Below, one piece after another: positions 19,373 through 29,168 of a stretch of DNA of 62,227 nt. Source of the DNA: Candidatus Poseidoniaceae archaeon (lineage in GTDB: Archaea; Thermoplasmatota; Poseidoniia; Poseidoniales; Poseidoniaceae); assembly GCA_964228815.1 (NCBI GenBank), contig CAXRAL010000046.1:1-62227 (forward strand). Direction: 5' to 3'. The translations under genes were made by a program, and so were the position numbers. Numbering within the stretch: position 1 is the stretch's first letter; each line of letters starts with the position of its first letter. A model generated the notes under the pieces. The model searched no databases. It had not been told where the DNA came from and saw nothing but the letters and a program-made list of their open reading frames with translations.

Positions 19373-21145
19373 TTAACGACCTTCACCGGTTTGCACCGAC
19401 CACAACCGAGCATAGATTCCTCCGAGGCTCACCAGGTCGTCGTGCCGCCCGTCTTCCATCACTTCACCTTCTTCGAGGACGACGATGCGATCGGCGTTTC
19501 GAACAGTCGAAAGGCGGTGTGCGATGACAATGGTTGTTCGGCCTCTCGAAATTCGCTCGATGGAACGTTGGAGTGCCGCTTCTGTTTCGTTGTCCACTGC
19601 CGACGTGGCCTCGTCGAGGATGAGCAACGGGGCATCTTTGAGTACGGCCCTGGCGATGGCCACCCGTTGCCGCTGTCCGCCCGAGAGGCGGTGGCCACCT
19701 TCTCCGACCAGTGTCTCCCACCCGCTGGGTAAGCTTGCGACAAAAGCGGCGGCTTCAGCGATTTCCGCCGCTTCAATCACTTCTTCATCCGTGGCGTCGG
19801 GTCGCCCGTAGCGAATGTTTTCGAGGATGGTGGTTGGAAAGAGCGTGATGTGTTGGTCAACGAGGGCAATGGAAGATCGGAGTGAATGAAGCTTCCACGA
19901 TTCAATGGGTTGGTCGCACCATGTTACATGTCCTTGCTGAGGTTCTGCAAATCGGAGCAAAAGACGAACAAGCGAGGTTTTCCCGGCACCCGTTGAACCC
20001 ACCACGCCGGTGGTTTTCCCGTGTTCAAAGGTCAATGAAAGGTGGTTGAAGAGCGGTTCTCGGTCGGGATAGCCAAACGAAACATCTTCCAGAGCGATGG
20101 ACGAGGTTTTCCTTGTTTCGAGATCAGGTGAGTATTCTCCTTGCTGAAGTTCAATGGGCGAAGCCAACACGTCCAGCACACGGGTGGACGAGGCCATGGC
20201 GCGCTGGTAGAGATCAAAGGTCTCTCCAAGCCTCGTGAGGGGCCACAGCAAGCGCTGCGTCATGAACACCAACACCGAGTAAGCACCCACGGCCATTGTA
20301 CCTTCAAGGGTGAACCAACCTCCTAGCAGCAGGGTCGCTGTGAAGCCAACAAGAATCGCCATGCGGATGAGTGGCGTGAACGCTGCAGAGAGCCGAATCG
20401 CTTCTCGGTTGGCTTCTCGGTAAGCATCGCTGAGCACTTCTACTCGTCGCAACTCGTTGGCTTCAGCCGTGAACGATTGTACGGTTGACATGCCGGAGAG
20501 GTCGTTTTCCAGAAGCGCGTTCATCTGCCCTGCAGCCTGACGGACTTTGGCGTAGCGCGGTTCGAGGCTCCGCTGGTAGCGGAACGAGCCCCACACAATG
20601 AGCGGGATGGGCAACACGGCAAACAAGGCGACTTGCCAGGAGATGAGCAGGAACACCGCCCCGACAACGACGACGGTGGTGCTGACCTGAAGCAAATCGT
20701 TGGCGCCTTTGTCCAAGAAACGCTCGAGTTGATTGATGTCATCGTTGAGAATGGCCAGAATGTCTCCTTTCTGACGCTCGTCAAACCATGTCATTCCCTG
20801 CTGTTGCACGTGGTCAAACGTGTCCAAGCGCAACTCGTGCTGAACGGTTTGAGCAAGGTTTCGCCAAAGGACACCGTAGAAGTATTCGAACAGCGATTCT
20901 AGGCCCCAAATCAGGAACGTAAGGACCGACAGAGCCACCAGTTGATGCCAGGGATCAACCAGTCCGATGTTGGCGAGCGTCGAATCCTCGCGCAAGACGA
21001 CCACGTCGACGGCCAAACCGATGAGTAACGGTGGTGCGAGGTCCCAGAATTTGTTGAACACCGAACAGAAGGCAGCCAAGCGCACCGTCCCGCGATGCGG
21101 CTTCATGTAATTGAGCAAACGACGGAACGGTCCACCTTCGCCCAT
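19373..21145 (-). CDS. ABC exporter, fused TMD-NBD (MsbA/MdlB-like)
   Basis: TM N-half; [34 protein letters not shown]; start ATG 21145. Confidence 0.92.
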   Translation of the reverse strand: MGEGGPFRRLLNYMKPHRGTVRLAAFCSVFNKFWDLAPPLLIGLAVDVVVLREDSTLANIGLVDPWHQLVALSVLTFLIWGLESLFEYFYGVLWRNLAQTVQHELRLDTFDHVQQQGMTWFDERQKGDILAILNDDINQLERFLDKGANDLLQVSTTVVVVGAVFLLISWQVALFAVLPIPLIVWGSFRYQRSLEPRYAKVRQAAGQMNALLENDLSGMSTVQSFTAEANELRRVEVLSDAYREANREAIRLSAAFTPLIRMAILVGFTATLLLGGWFTLEGTMAVGAYSVLVFMTQRLLWPLTRLGETFDLYQRAMASSTRVLDVLASPIELQQGEYSPDLETRKTSSIALEDVSFGYPDREPLFNHLSLTFEHGKTTGVVGSTGAGKTSLVRLLLRFAEPQQGHVTWCDQPIESWKLHSLRSSIALVDQHITLFPTTILENIRYGRPDATDEEVIEAAEIAEAAAFVASLPSGWETLVGEGGHRLSGGQRQRVAIARAVLKDAPLLILDEATSAVDNETEAALQRSIERISRGRTTIVIAHRLSTVRNADRIVVLEEGEVMEDGRHDDLVSLGGIYARLWSVQTGEGR

Positions 21146-21241
21146 GGACGGCCCAAGATGCGGGCCTTTGAGAAGGCTCCCGTTCGCCTTGTGTCGGCGC
21201 AAGCCCTATGCCCTTTCCTCGCTGACCAGCCACCGAGGACC

Positions 21242-22054
21242 ATGAACGTCGGCGAATCCACGGTTTTGGAGAAGGTCTGCCGTCGAACGGACGGCGCTCG
21301 TCACGTCACACTCATTGACCCCGCGAAGCAATCGGCGGAGGTCGCCGCTCAACGGGCCATGGTGGCGGTGGAATGCGGCTCATCGATGATTTTCGTCGGG
21401 GGCTCCACCGACACTCCTGATGACGTTGTTCACGCCACCTGCACCGCCATCCAAGAAGCGTTTGAGTTGCGTATGTTTGCCGCCAGTCAAGACCCGACGA
21501 GTGAGGAATCGATGTGGGACATTCCGGTGGTTCTCTTCCCGGGTGGCGCCCACGCTCTTTCTCCGGCCGCCGATGCCATCACGTTCATGATGCTCATGAA
21601 TTCCACCAAGCGGGCGTTCTTGGTTGGTGAACAGGTTCGTGGAGCGCCGTACCTTGACCGATTTGGCGTCGAAGCGTTGCCCACCGGCTATGTCGTGTGC
21701 GCGCCAGGCGGGCGCGTTGGTGAGGTTGGTGGTGCTGAATTGATTCAATCCACGGACGTGGACCTCGTTCATGCCTATGCGCTGTGCGCCAAGATGTTTG
21801 GATTTTCACTGCTCTACTTGGAAGCGGGCAGTGGCGCCGATGCACCGGTTCATCCTGACCTGATCACCAAAGCCGCATCTGTTGAGGGACTCACCCTCCT
21901 TGTGGGTGGCGGCATGCGGACGGCCGAGGATGTCGCTCGAGCGGTGGAGGCCGGTGCTCAGTGGATTGTCACTGGTACGGTAACCGAAGACGCTTCTTCA
22001 TTGGATGAACTTCGTACTCGCCTTGAAGCACTTGTCGGTGCCTGCACGCCGTGA
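21242..22054 (+). CDS. Geranylgeranylglyceryl phosphate synthase (group II)
   Basis: HVTLIDPAK, VGGST, VVLFPG, YLEAGSGA, VGGGMR, IVTGT; start ATG 21242. Confidence 0.92.
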   Translation: MNVGESTVLEKVCRRTDGARHVTLIDPAKQSAEVAAQRAMVAVECGSSMIFVGGSTDTPDDVVHATCTAIQEAFELRMFAASQDPTSEESMWDIPVVLFPGGAHALSPAADAITFMMLMNSTKRAFLVGEQVRGAPYLDRFGVEALPTGYVVCAPGGRVGEVGGAELIQSTDVDLVHAYALCAKMFGFSLLYLEAGSGADAPVHPDLITKAASVEGLTLLVGGGMRTAEDVARAVEAGAQWIVTGTVTEDASSLDELRTRLEALVGACTP

Positions 22055-22113
22055 ATTGGATGTCGTCGTGTTGACCAGGAGCCACATGGGTGGCTAGGCG
22101 GTTTGTTGCGTGC

Positions 22114-23385
22114 TCAAGCACCGTCTTCGTCGTCGAAGACCACAGGGTCGCCTGTACCGCCTGGGGAGGGTGGGCGAGGACCGTCCACATCCATACCGGG
22201 TTCGAGTTCGGTTTCTTCGGTCTCGAGCGCCACTTCTTCACCGTCGGCCAGTTTGGCCATGTCGTCGGCGGTTGGGGCTTTGATGGTCCGCTCCATGTCT
22301 GGAGCGTTGGCGTAGAGTTCTCGCTTCAGCTCACGGCTTTCGTGGCTTCGTACGAGTGAAAGGGAATCGGCAAAGACGCGACCCACCACTTCTCGGGTCC
22401 GCTCGCTGCGTCGGGCGGAATGGAGCTCGTGTTCCATGGAACTGCGCTGGTCTTCGAGTTCTCGAAGTTCAGCGGTGCGGTCTTGCAGTGCCGCTTCGAG
22501 GTCCGTCATGGTGAGCGTCATCTGCTGGAGTCGCTCGTCTCGCTCGAACACGTCGTTGTGGAGGCGACGCTCGCGACGTCGCAGCGATTCGTATTCTCGG
22601 TTGCGCTCCAGAAGCCGTCGCTTCAATTCCTCGATTTGTTCGACGAGGTAGTCGTGCTCGGCTGAAACAGACCGTGGCCCTTGCATCACACGTTCGAGTT
22701 GTTCTTCGAGTTCTGCTAGGCGGCGGTCCCGAGCATCGAGCAGACCACGCAGGCGGTCGGCAATGTCTCGAAGACGTTGACGCTCCTCTTCAAGGGCCTC
22801 TGCGGCTGCCTTTTCGACATCGAGTTGGCGCTGGCGTTCATCGACTTGTTGCTTGAGCACACGGACCTCTTCAGCGGTGACTGAGGTGAGTCCTGCATCC
22901 GCAGCCTTCTCAAGTGCCTCAACCATTTGACCGATGCGACCTTCCATCTCACCGATCACTTCGTCCTGTTCAGTGGTCAGCGTTCGAAGTTGGCTGAGTT
23001 CGGTTTCCATGGATGACCGCTCTTGTTGTGAGAGCGAGGACTGTTGTGCGGCCAATTCGTCCCTGCTGTCGGACAGGAGCCGCTCGAGATGGATGATTTG
23101 GGCTTCGTTTTCCTTGAGCGTTTGCTCAGCCTCTGCGAGTCGAGCCACCTCAGGAGCGATGGTGTCTTGGCGCTCCGCAAGATCAAGTTCAACCACGCGC
23201 AGCCGTTGCTTCACAGCGACGAGTTCGTCGTTTCGCTTCCCTAATTCGTCCCAAGCCACGAGGACCTCTTCCACGAGTTGTTCAATGGGGTAGCCTTTGA
23301 GCATCCCCTCAAGGGCCGCACGCTCGTCGTTGGACGACGAACCCACGCGACGGATTCCACCGGGTGACGAACTCTCTACGGCCAT
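22114..23385 (-). CDS. Long coiled-coil protein
   Basis: About 340 aa of E/R/L/Q-rich heptad-like sequence and an acidic Pro-containing tail; start ATG 23385 or 23397. Confidence 0.8.
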   Translation of the reverse strand: MAVESSSPGGIRRVGSSSNDERAALEGMLKGYPIEQLVEEVLVAWDELGKRNDELVAVKQRLRVVELDLAERQDTIAPEVARLAEAEQTLKENEAQIIHLERLLSDSRDELAAQQSSLSQQERSSMETELSQLRTLTTEQDEVIGEMEGRIGQMVEALEKAADAGLTSVTAEEVRVLKQQVDERQRQLDVEKAAAEALEEERQRLRDIADRLRGLLDARDRRLAELEEQLERVMQGPRSVSAEHDYLVEQIEELKRRLLERNREYESLRRRERRLHNDVFERDERLQQMTLTMTDLEAALQDRTAELRELEDQRSSMEHELHSARRSERTREVVGRVFADSLSLVRSHESRELKRELYANAPDMERTIKAPTADDMAKLADGEEVALETEETELEPGMDVDGPRPPSPGGTGDPVVFDDEDGA

Positions 23386-23477
23386 ACGGCAACGCATCGC
23401 AGATTTACCACACTTGAACCTTCCCAAACCTTCGCTGTTGGAAAGGGGGTATTTGCTACCCCCGGACGATAGCCGTC

Positions 23478-24482
23478 TCAGTTGATGGACGTGTACATGT
23501 CATCGGGCATTTCGCTGGCGAGTTTGAGGGCGCCGGCTGCGACCGAGTTGATGGGGTCTTCAACGCACCAAACACGGACATCACCAATGTCAGCGATTTC
23601 GCTAGCAATGCGGTCAGCAACGCCGTCGATGAGCGAACCGCCACCGGACAGGATGATGTTGTTACGGAGGATTTGCTGGTATTCGGGGTCAGCACCGGCG
23701 ACGTTGCGCTTGATGGCGTTGCCGATCTTCGGGATGATGAGCTCACACGCTTCCAAGATGAGGTCGCCGATGTCGACCACCTGGCGCTTTCCGTCAACGG
23801 ACAGCTCCACAGTGACTTCTCGTGCTTCGCCGCCCACGTAGGAGGAGGCTTCCTTCCACTTGCGGACCATGTCCTTGGTCACTTGAGCACCGGTGTACTT
23901 CTTCCTGATGAGTTCCATCAACTGAAGGTCGAGCCAGTCGCCAGCTTCCGTGATGGTGACTTGGTCTTCATCGGTCGGGAAGGTCCCGTAGACACGAGCG
24001 ATGTCGGTGGTACCGGCGCCAATGTCAACGACGATGGAACCTGCAATCTCGTCAATGCCGTAAGCGGTAGCGAAGGGTTCGGTGACCACCATGATGGCGT
24101 TCACTTGGCCTCGGAGGGTGGCCACGAGGTTGGACTTGTCCGTGAAGGAGACGTGGCTTGGTGAGCAGATGACGCCGAGCACCTCGTCGTATTCTTCGGG
24201 GTCCACGGTTTCAAGGAGGTGGGACACGAACGCCTTGGCAGCGGCCAGGTTGGCTTCGTCGTCTTGGGTGACACCGGCGGCCATGGGGCGGTAGAGGTTG
24301 CAGGCGAGCTTGTTCTTGAGGGCGTCTTCGCCGAACAAGACATCTCGACCGAGGAAGTTTCGGGCCACGGGGTCCTTTGGTCGACCGACAACGGTCTCAA
24401 TCGTGTGCAGTTTTCCAGCGCTCGAAGCGATGGTTGATTGGTAGGTTCCTAGGTCAATTCCAACATACAGGCGGTCGCTCAT
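23478..24482 (-). CDS. Actin-family ATPase, MamK-like
   Basis: GIDLGT, VVGRPKD, VVTEPF, VVDIGAGTTDI, EDQVT, PEYQ, LSGGGS, GALKLASEMP; SD GAAGGTGA upstream; strong codon bias. Confidence 0.9.
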   Translation of the reverse strand: MSDRLYVGIDLGTYQSTIASSAGKLHTIETVVGRPKDPVARNFLGRDVLFGEDALKNKLACNLYRPMAAGVTQDDEANLAAAKAFVSHLLETVDPEEYDEVLGVICSPSHVSFTDKSNLVATLRGQVNAIMVVTEPFATAYGIDEIAGSIVVDIGAGTTDIARVYGTFPTDEDQVTITEAGDWLDLQLMELIRKKYTGAQVTKDMVRKWKEASSYVGGEAREVTVELSVDGKRQVVDIGDLILEACELIIPKIGNAIKRNVAGADPEYQQILRNNIILSGGGSLIDGVADRIASEIADIGDVRVWCVEDPINSVAAGALKLASEMPDDMYTSIN

Positions 24483-24486
24483 TTTT

Positions 24487-24548
24487 GTTCACCTTCCCAC
24501 GTGGGATGGTTAACCGAGCATGGCACTGAACTTCAAGGTTCACCTTCC
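24487..24548. promoter_or_regulatory. Repeats upstream of the actin gene
   Basis: Perfect palindrome TCCCACGTGGGA (24495-24506); 11-bp direct repeat GTTCACCTTCC (24487-24497 and 24538-24548), the first copy overlapping the SD. Confidence 0.4.
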
Positions 24549-24588
24549 GATTTTGTCGCACTTTCTTCGTTTATCCGCGCCAATTGGC

Positions 24589-27500
24589 TTAACGTTCGTC
24601 GTTTTGGTTCGAATCGTGCAAGGAAGCGTTCTGCTGATTTCCTGTGCTAGAAAACGGGGGCGGTTCATTCGATGTGTTTCTCGGATGATTTCGCTGACGA
24701 GTCCAGCGGGCCACCCCTGCTCCTGCGAGCACGCCGAGCAGACCTAACCACACCACTGCCGATGCAGCGTTGGAAGCAGCGTCTTCTGATGCCGCTGGCA
24801 TCTCCTGGCTTGGCACGCTCAACCCCTCTGCAAGCATGAAGTTCAACGGCGTTCGATCCCCAGCAGGTGATGCATTGGTCGACGAAAGGGTCATCTGAAG
24901 GCGATACTGTTCTTCCGTCCGATAGAAAGGTGGCAATTCGTCAGGGAAGGTCCACGAACATGCACCTGGCCCGGGTGCCGGTGCAGTTTTGGTGCAGGTC
25001 AGCAACACGATGGAAGGAGCCGTTTCGGCGACGATCTCAATCAGGATCTGGTGACCATCGCCGTCCATATCACTGACCTCCCAAGACACGTGTACTTCTC
25101 CATCGAGACTGCTCCCGTTTTCGGGCGATGCGGTGATAACGGCGCTGATAGGGCGGTCAAGGGGGTAACACCCTTCCCCCGTTACGGGCCACGAATTGTC
25201 CGGCGTATCACAGCGGTCGGCATCATCGGTAACGCCGTCACTGTCCGTGTCGTCGAGGCAACCATCTGCGTCGTTGTCCGCTGCGCTGGCATTCGTGTCC
25301 GGGCACGCATCCATCGAGTCGAGCACACCGTCTTCGTCCGCATCGTCCAGGCATCCATCTCCGTCTTCGTCCTCCGCACTGCTGTTTTCTGTGGGACAAG
25401 CATCCTCGATGTTTGCGACGCCGTCGCCATCGTCGTCACGGTGGTCGGCGGAATCCCTGTCAACGCCCTTTACGACCAAAGCAAAACCCACAGCATCACC
25501 GTCGAGACCCACCGTACCTGATTCACCGCCGGGTTGAACATAGCGCGCCACCACATCAACGTCGATGAAGGACGATCCGTTGATCAAAGCCCAGGGCAGG
25601 TTGATTCCAAGGGTGGTTTCGTTGGTCGCCGGGAAAGCGGTGGTATCGTTGGTGTCCACCGCATCAGGATAGTAGGAGGTCGGCGTCCCGTCTGCTTGGA
25701 GCTGGTCGGCCAGTAAGACCGTTCCATCCTCAAGGCGAACCCGCAGTTGAAGGTCATCGACGATGGCGGGTTCAGGCTGGGCTGGAAACGCCATTCGGAT
25801 GCGAACGCTTTCGCCCTCAATCGGCGTGAGGCGTTGCGTGAACACTTCGCCGGTTTGAAGGAACGGGCCTGCTGCTCCCTCTCCCGTCCAGCCCTGCCCG
25901 AGCCCTGTCAGGTTGTTCGCCTCGCCACGGTTCGCCTCAAACCATGCACCAACGCTTGATGATGTGAGCCGATAACTGTCGTGAATCCAAACATCGGCCG
26001 AAGGTGATGTGTTGTTGGCTATGCTCGACGGGTCAACCAATTGACTCAGGTTGAACACGCCCCAGCCGTCGTAGGGATTGTGAAGGTCCATGCCCCCCTC
26101 ACCTCCGTTTCGCTGGCCTTCGGAAAGGGGCGATGCTGCCATGGCCAGTGATGCCCTGAGCAGCGGGCCCGAGGGGGTGAACCCGTCGCCCAACAACACG
26201 GTCATGTTGGACGGGTCATCCTTCCAGGCAGGGCGCAGATCATCCAGTGAAACTTGGACCATCGGTGCATGGGCGGACATCAACCAACCGTCTTCGTAGA
26301 GTTGCTGAACGATGGCGGCTCCGCCTGCGGCGTGAGGTGTCGCCATGCTGGTGCCTGACGATGAGCGAAGGTTGTCGTTGTTGGTGTTCCAGAATCCATC
26401 GGCTGCTGCTGATTGAATGCTCGCTCCCGGGGCGAGCATGAAAATCCCGTCCGTTCCGATGTTCGTCGGGCCGTAGGCTGTCCCTCCCCACCGCTCAGTT
26501 TCAACGGATTTTCCCGTGGCGCTGATGGCGATGACGTTTCGCCCGTTGGCCGGCTCGAGGACACCCTCTCCACCGTTTCCTGGGGCGATGAAGGCCGCCG
26601 ACCACGGCATGGCCCTGGCGTAGGCATCAAACCGCCCGGTTCGTTCGGTGTAGGCCGTGGTGTCGTCGCCCCATGAATTTGAATGAATCATGGCGCCTTG
26701 AGCACTGGCTTCCCAGAGCAGTTCGTCAACAGGCGGCGGCGTCCAACCCTCTTGGGAAACAATGTCCTGAACGACGAGGAAGGCGCCGTGGGCCAGGCTT
26801 GACCCGTTGGTCGGTTGGAGCCCAACCCGCTCGCTGTACACGTCATGGCACGCCAATGAACCGACGACATGCGTCCCGTGGCGGTAATCGCTGTGTCCTG
26901 GTGTATCGTTGCCGTCAATGCTGGTGTTGAGCAGACGGATTTTTCGATGGTCAGGGCCGAAGACGCCAACGGCTGGATGCGTTGCGTTTGCCTCGGCATG
27001 CTCAGCGGAAGGGGACGTTGCGTTTCGAAAACAGGCATGGTCGGCATCAATGCCGCTATCAGCCACCCCCACCACCACGCCTGCGCCGTTGAGCCCGACG
27101 TCCCAAAACGGGTGCCCGGACAAGGTGCCGTGTTCAATGAGGGATGAGGCCTGACCGTTGCGTGCGTAGGTTGGAAGCACAGGCTCAACCCACAGCAGAC
27201 CGGGGATGTGCAGTGTCTGTACTGGAAGCGCCGGCAACGTGGTTTTGACGGTGAGCGACGCTGGAACGTTCCCTCTGACATCCAGTGCGGCGTGATTCAA
27301 CGTGAGACCAACCTCATCGAGACTCAGTATGATGTCACGGATGGCATGAGCGGGAAGCCGTGGCTCCAGCAAGACGCGATAGGCCTCACTTCCTCCTTCC
27401 CAACCCTCAGGTGCTCGTAGCACAGCGTGTTCTGCGGACTCCACTGACCAGCCTTGCTGCACGACAATCTCCTCGTTGGACCACACCAAAAGCTGCGTTG

Positions 27501-27699
27501 GAGAAAGGGATCGCAAGGGTTGAGTGCCTTGCTCGATGAACGTATTCCAATCGTCTGAACTCCACACACCTGTGTCCCGGGTGAGAACGAACTCGGATTC
27601 CTCTGGGGTGATGAAATCCGGTGAAAGGTTCAGCGGCGAGAGCATCCCAGACGAAAGCGGGGCGAGGAGCAACAACACCAACCAGATGGCACCTCGCAT
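24589..27699 (-). CDS. Secreted, membrane-anchored S8 subtilisin-like protease with TSP3-like Ca-binding repeats
   Basis: Signal peptide; VADSGID, HGTHV, PGN, GTSMATP catalytic motifs; DxDxDG/DACP repeats; C-terminal TM followed by basic residues. Confidence 0.9.
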   Translation of the reverse strand: MRGAIWLVLLLLAPLSSGMLSPLNLSPDFITPEESEFVLTRDTGVWSSDDWNTFIEQGTQPLRSLSPTQLLVWSNEEIVVQQGWSVESAEHAVLRAPEGWEGGSEAYRVLLEPRLPAHAIRDIILSLDEVGLTLNHAALDVRGNVPASLTVKTTLPALPVQTLHIPGLLWVEPVLPTYARNGQASSLIEHGTLSGHPFWDVGLNGAGVVVGVADSGIDADHACFRNATSPSAEHAEANATHPAVGVFGPDHRKIRLLNTSIDGNDTPGHSDYRHGTHVVGSLACHDVYSERVGLQPTNGSSLAHGAFLVVQDIVSQEGWTPPPVDELLWEASAQGAMIHSNSWGDDTTAYTERTGRFDAYARAMPWSAAFIAPGNGGEGVLEPANGRNVIAISATGKSVETERWGGTAYGPTNIGTDGIFMLAPGASIQSAAADGFWNTNNDNLRSSSGTSMATPHAAGGAAIVQQLYEDGWLMSAHAPMVQVSLDDLRPAWKDDPSNMTVLLGDGFTPSGPLLRASLAMAASPLSEGQRNGGEGGMDLHNPYDGWGVFNLSQLVDPSSIANNTSPSADVWIHDSYRLTSSSVGAWFEANRGEANNLTGLGQGWTGEGAAGPFLQTGEVFTQRLTPIEGESVRIRMAFPAQPEPAIVDDLQLRVRLEDGTVLLADQLQADGTPTSYYPDAVDTNDTTAFPATNETTLGINLPWALINGSSFIDVDVVARYVQPGGESGTVGLDGDAVGFALVVKGVDRDSADHRDDDGDGVANIEDACPTENSSAEDEDGDGCLDDADEDGVLDSMDACPDTNASAADNDADGCLDDTDSDGVTDDADRCDTPDNSWPVTGEGCYPLDRPISAVITASPENGSSLDGEVHVSWEVSDMDGDGHQILIEIVAETAPSIVLLTCTKTAPAPGPGACSWTFPDELPPFYRTEEQYRLQMTLSSTNASPAGDRTPLNFMLAEGLSVPSQEMPAASEDAASNAASAVVWLGLLGVLAGAGVARWTRQRNHPRNTSNEPPPFSSTGNQQNASLHDSNQNDER
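25205..25437 (-). repeat. Thrombospondin type-3-like repeats within the protease
   Basis: DDDGDGV..DACP / DEDGDGCLD / DADEDGV..DACP / DNDADGCLD / DTDSDGV..DRC. Confidence 0.7.
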
Positions 27700-27819
27700 G
27701 GACGGACCACATGCAGGTTTTGCCTCAATCTATCGGTCCCTTGCCCATCTCCCACCTGTTTCCGGCGCTGCGTCTGCGCGCCAGCGCGTTTAAGGATGGA
27801 TGGCAGGTCGGAGGCCCCG

Positions 27820-28092
27820 ATGAAGGCCTATCGAGTCTCAGGAACCGCCCCGTTTGGCAGCCAGCGCCAGCACTTCTCCTACGACCTCCCAGCAGCCGAC
27901 GCCGACGCTGCCACCCACAAGGTGTACTCCACCCTCGGGTCCCGCCACCGCATCATGCGCCGGGCCATCAAGATCGAAAACGTGAGTGAGATTGACCCAC
28001 GCATTTCGACCGAGCCAGCTGTACTTCACCACTTTCGCGACGAGATTGCTGCTCAAGGCGGCCCCATCACCGTGGCTGCGGAAGAAGAGTAA
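27820..28092 (+). CDS. 50S ribosomal protein L18Ae/LX
   Basis: MKAYRVSG...VYSTLGSRHRIMRRAIKIENVSEI; lies upstream of pfdA-ftsY as is usual in archaea. Confidence 0.9.
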   Translation: MKAYRVSGTAPFGSQRQHFSYDLPAADADAATHKVYSTLGSRHRIMRRAIKIENVSEIDPRISTEPAVLHHFRDEIAAQGGPITVAAEEE

Positions 28093-28125
28093 ATCCCCTG
28101 ATAACGCCACGCCAGCAGGGCGCGG

Positions 28126-28452
28126 TCAAGACGGAATCGCCCAGTTTTCTGCCCAATCATAGAGCGACTGCATGACGGGACTCAGGAGTTCTCCGTCGGG
28201 CGAAAGTGAGTAAAGGTTTGATTGCGGCATCGCTGGATTCATCGAACGCACGACCAATCCGTGAGCTTCCAACTCCTTGATGCGGCGTGAGACGGTCGTT
28301 GATGAGGCGCTGACCAATTCCTTCAACTGCGTGAATCGAAGCGGACCGCTCGCTCGGTCCAGCACCATGAGAATGTGAAGGGATTTTGATTTGGTCAACA
28401 TCTCAAGGACATCGTCCACTTTACCGTACGTTGGACTGCAATGGTCGTTCAT
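28126..28452 (-). CDS. HxlR-family winged-helix transcription regulator
   Basis: PLRFTQLK, STTVSRRIKELEAHGLVVR, YSLSPDG..L.PV..L..WA. Confidence 0.85.
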   Translation of the reverse strand: MNDHCSPTYGKVDDVLEMLTKSKSLHILMVLDRASGPLRFTQLKELVSASSTTVSRRIKELEAHGLVVRSMNPAMPQSNLYSLSPDGELLSPVMQSLYDWAENWAIPS

Positions 28453-28586
28453 GAGAGGCCACCTTGGGCTGACGACGTTTTCAACGCACATAAAATCAAG
28501 TCACGGCAGCGTTACCGGCTTGGTTGGCTACACACTCCCTCATCGCGGGCTTCTTCAACCCCAAGCAACTCCGAGGGTTGAGCGAC

Positions 28587-29159
28587 ATGGTTGACCGAGC
28601 CCAACTCCAACGCTTGGCCGGGGAGGTTGAAACCCTCCGGAAGCGATTGGATGAGATCAACCTTCGAATTGAACAGGTCGATGCTGTTCTGGCCGAGCAT
28701 GCCATCACCGATGCAGTGCTTGACACCCTGCTGTCCCACGAAGACGGTCGCACCATCTCGACCCACCTCCCCATTGGCTCGGGCGTTAGTCTCCCCTACC
28801 GGCACGATGGTGAACAGGAAGGGACGGCGCTGGTTGACTTGGGCACCGGCGTGTTTGGAGAACGACCGTGGAGCGATGTTCGCACCATCACTCAGCAGCG
28901 GCAAGCCGACATCCAACACCTCCGCAATGAACTGAAAGAGCAATCGGACCAAACCGAGACTTCGCTGGCCAAAGCCGCTCAGACGTTCAATCAACTGGCT
29001 GAACAACTCAAGCAGCCAGCCCCATCCGCCGCCCCAGCGGCTGCTCCGCCTTCACAGGAGGAATCCACACCGGAACCAGCGTCGTCTTCGGATGAACCCA
29101 CGCCACGCCGTGGTCGCCGTCGCGGTATGTTTGGCGGCGATTTGACACTTGACGACTGA
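28587..29159 (+). CDS. pfdA: Prefoldin subunit alpha
   Basis: Coiled coil, LPIGSGV, LVDLGTGVFGE, coiled coil; lies directly before ftsY. Confidence 0.8.
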   Translation: MVDRAQLQRLAGEVETLRKRLDEINLRIEQVDAVLAEHAITDAVLDTLLSHEDGRTISTHLPIGSGVSLPYRHDGEQEGTALVDLGTGVFGERPWSDVRTITQQRQADIQHLRNELKEQSDQTETSLAKAAQTFNQLAEQLKQPAPSAAPAAAPPSQEESTPEPASSSDEPTPRRGRRRGMFGGDLTLDD

Positions 29160-29168
29160 GGAATCGCC

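Noticed and set aside
18442-19527. 361-aa ORF antisense to the rhodopsin
   Set aside because: Mirror of the strongly biased rhodopsin codons; no independent evidence
23478-24482. Magnetosome island
   Set aside because: Only the actin resembles MamK; no mamA/B/E/M/O/P/Q-like or iron-transport genes are nearby
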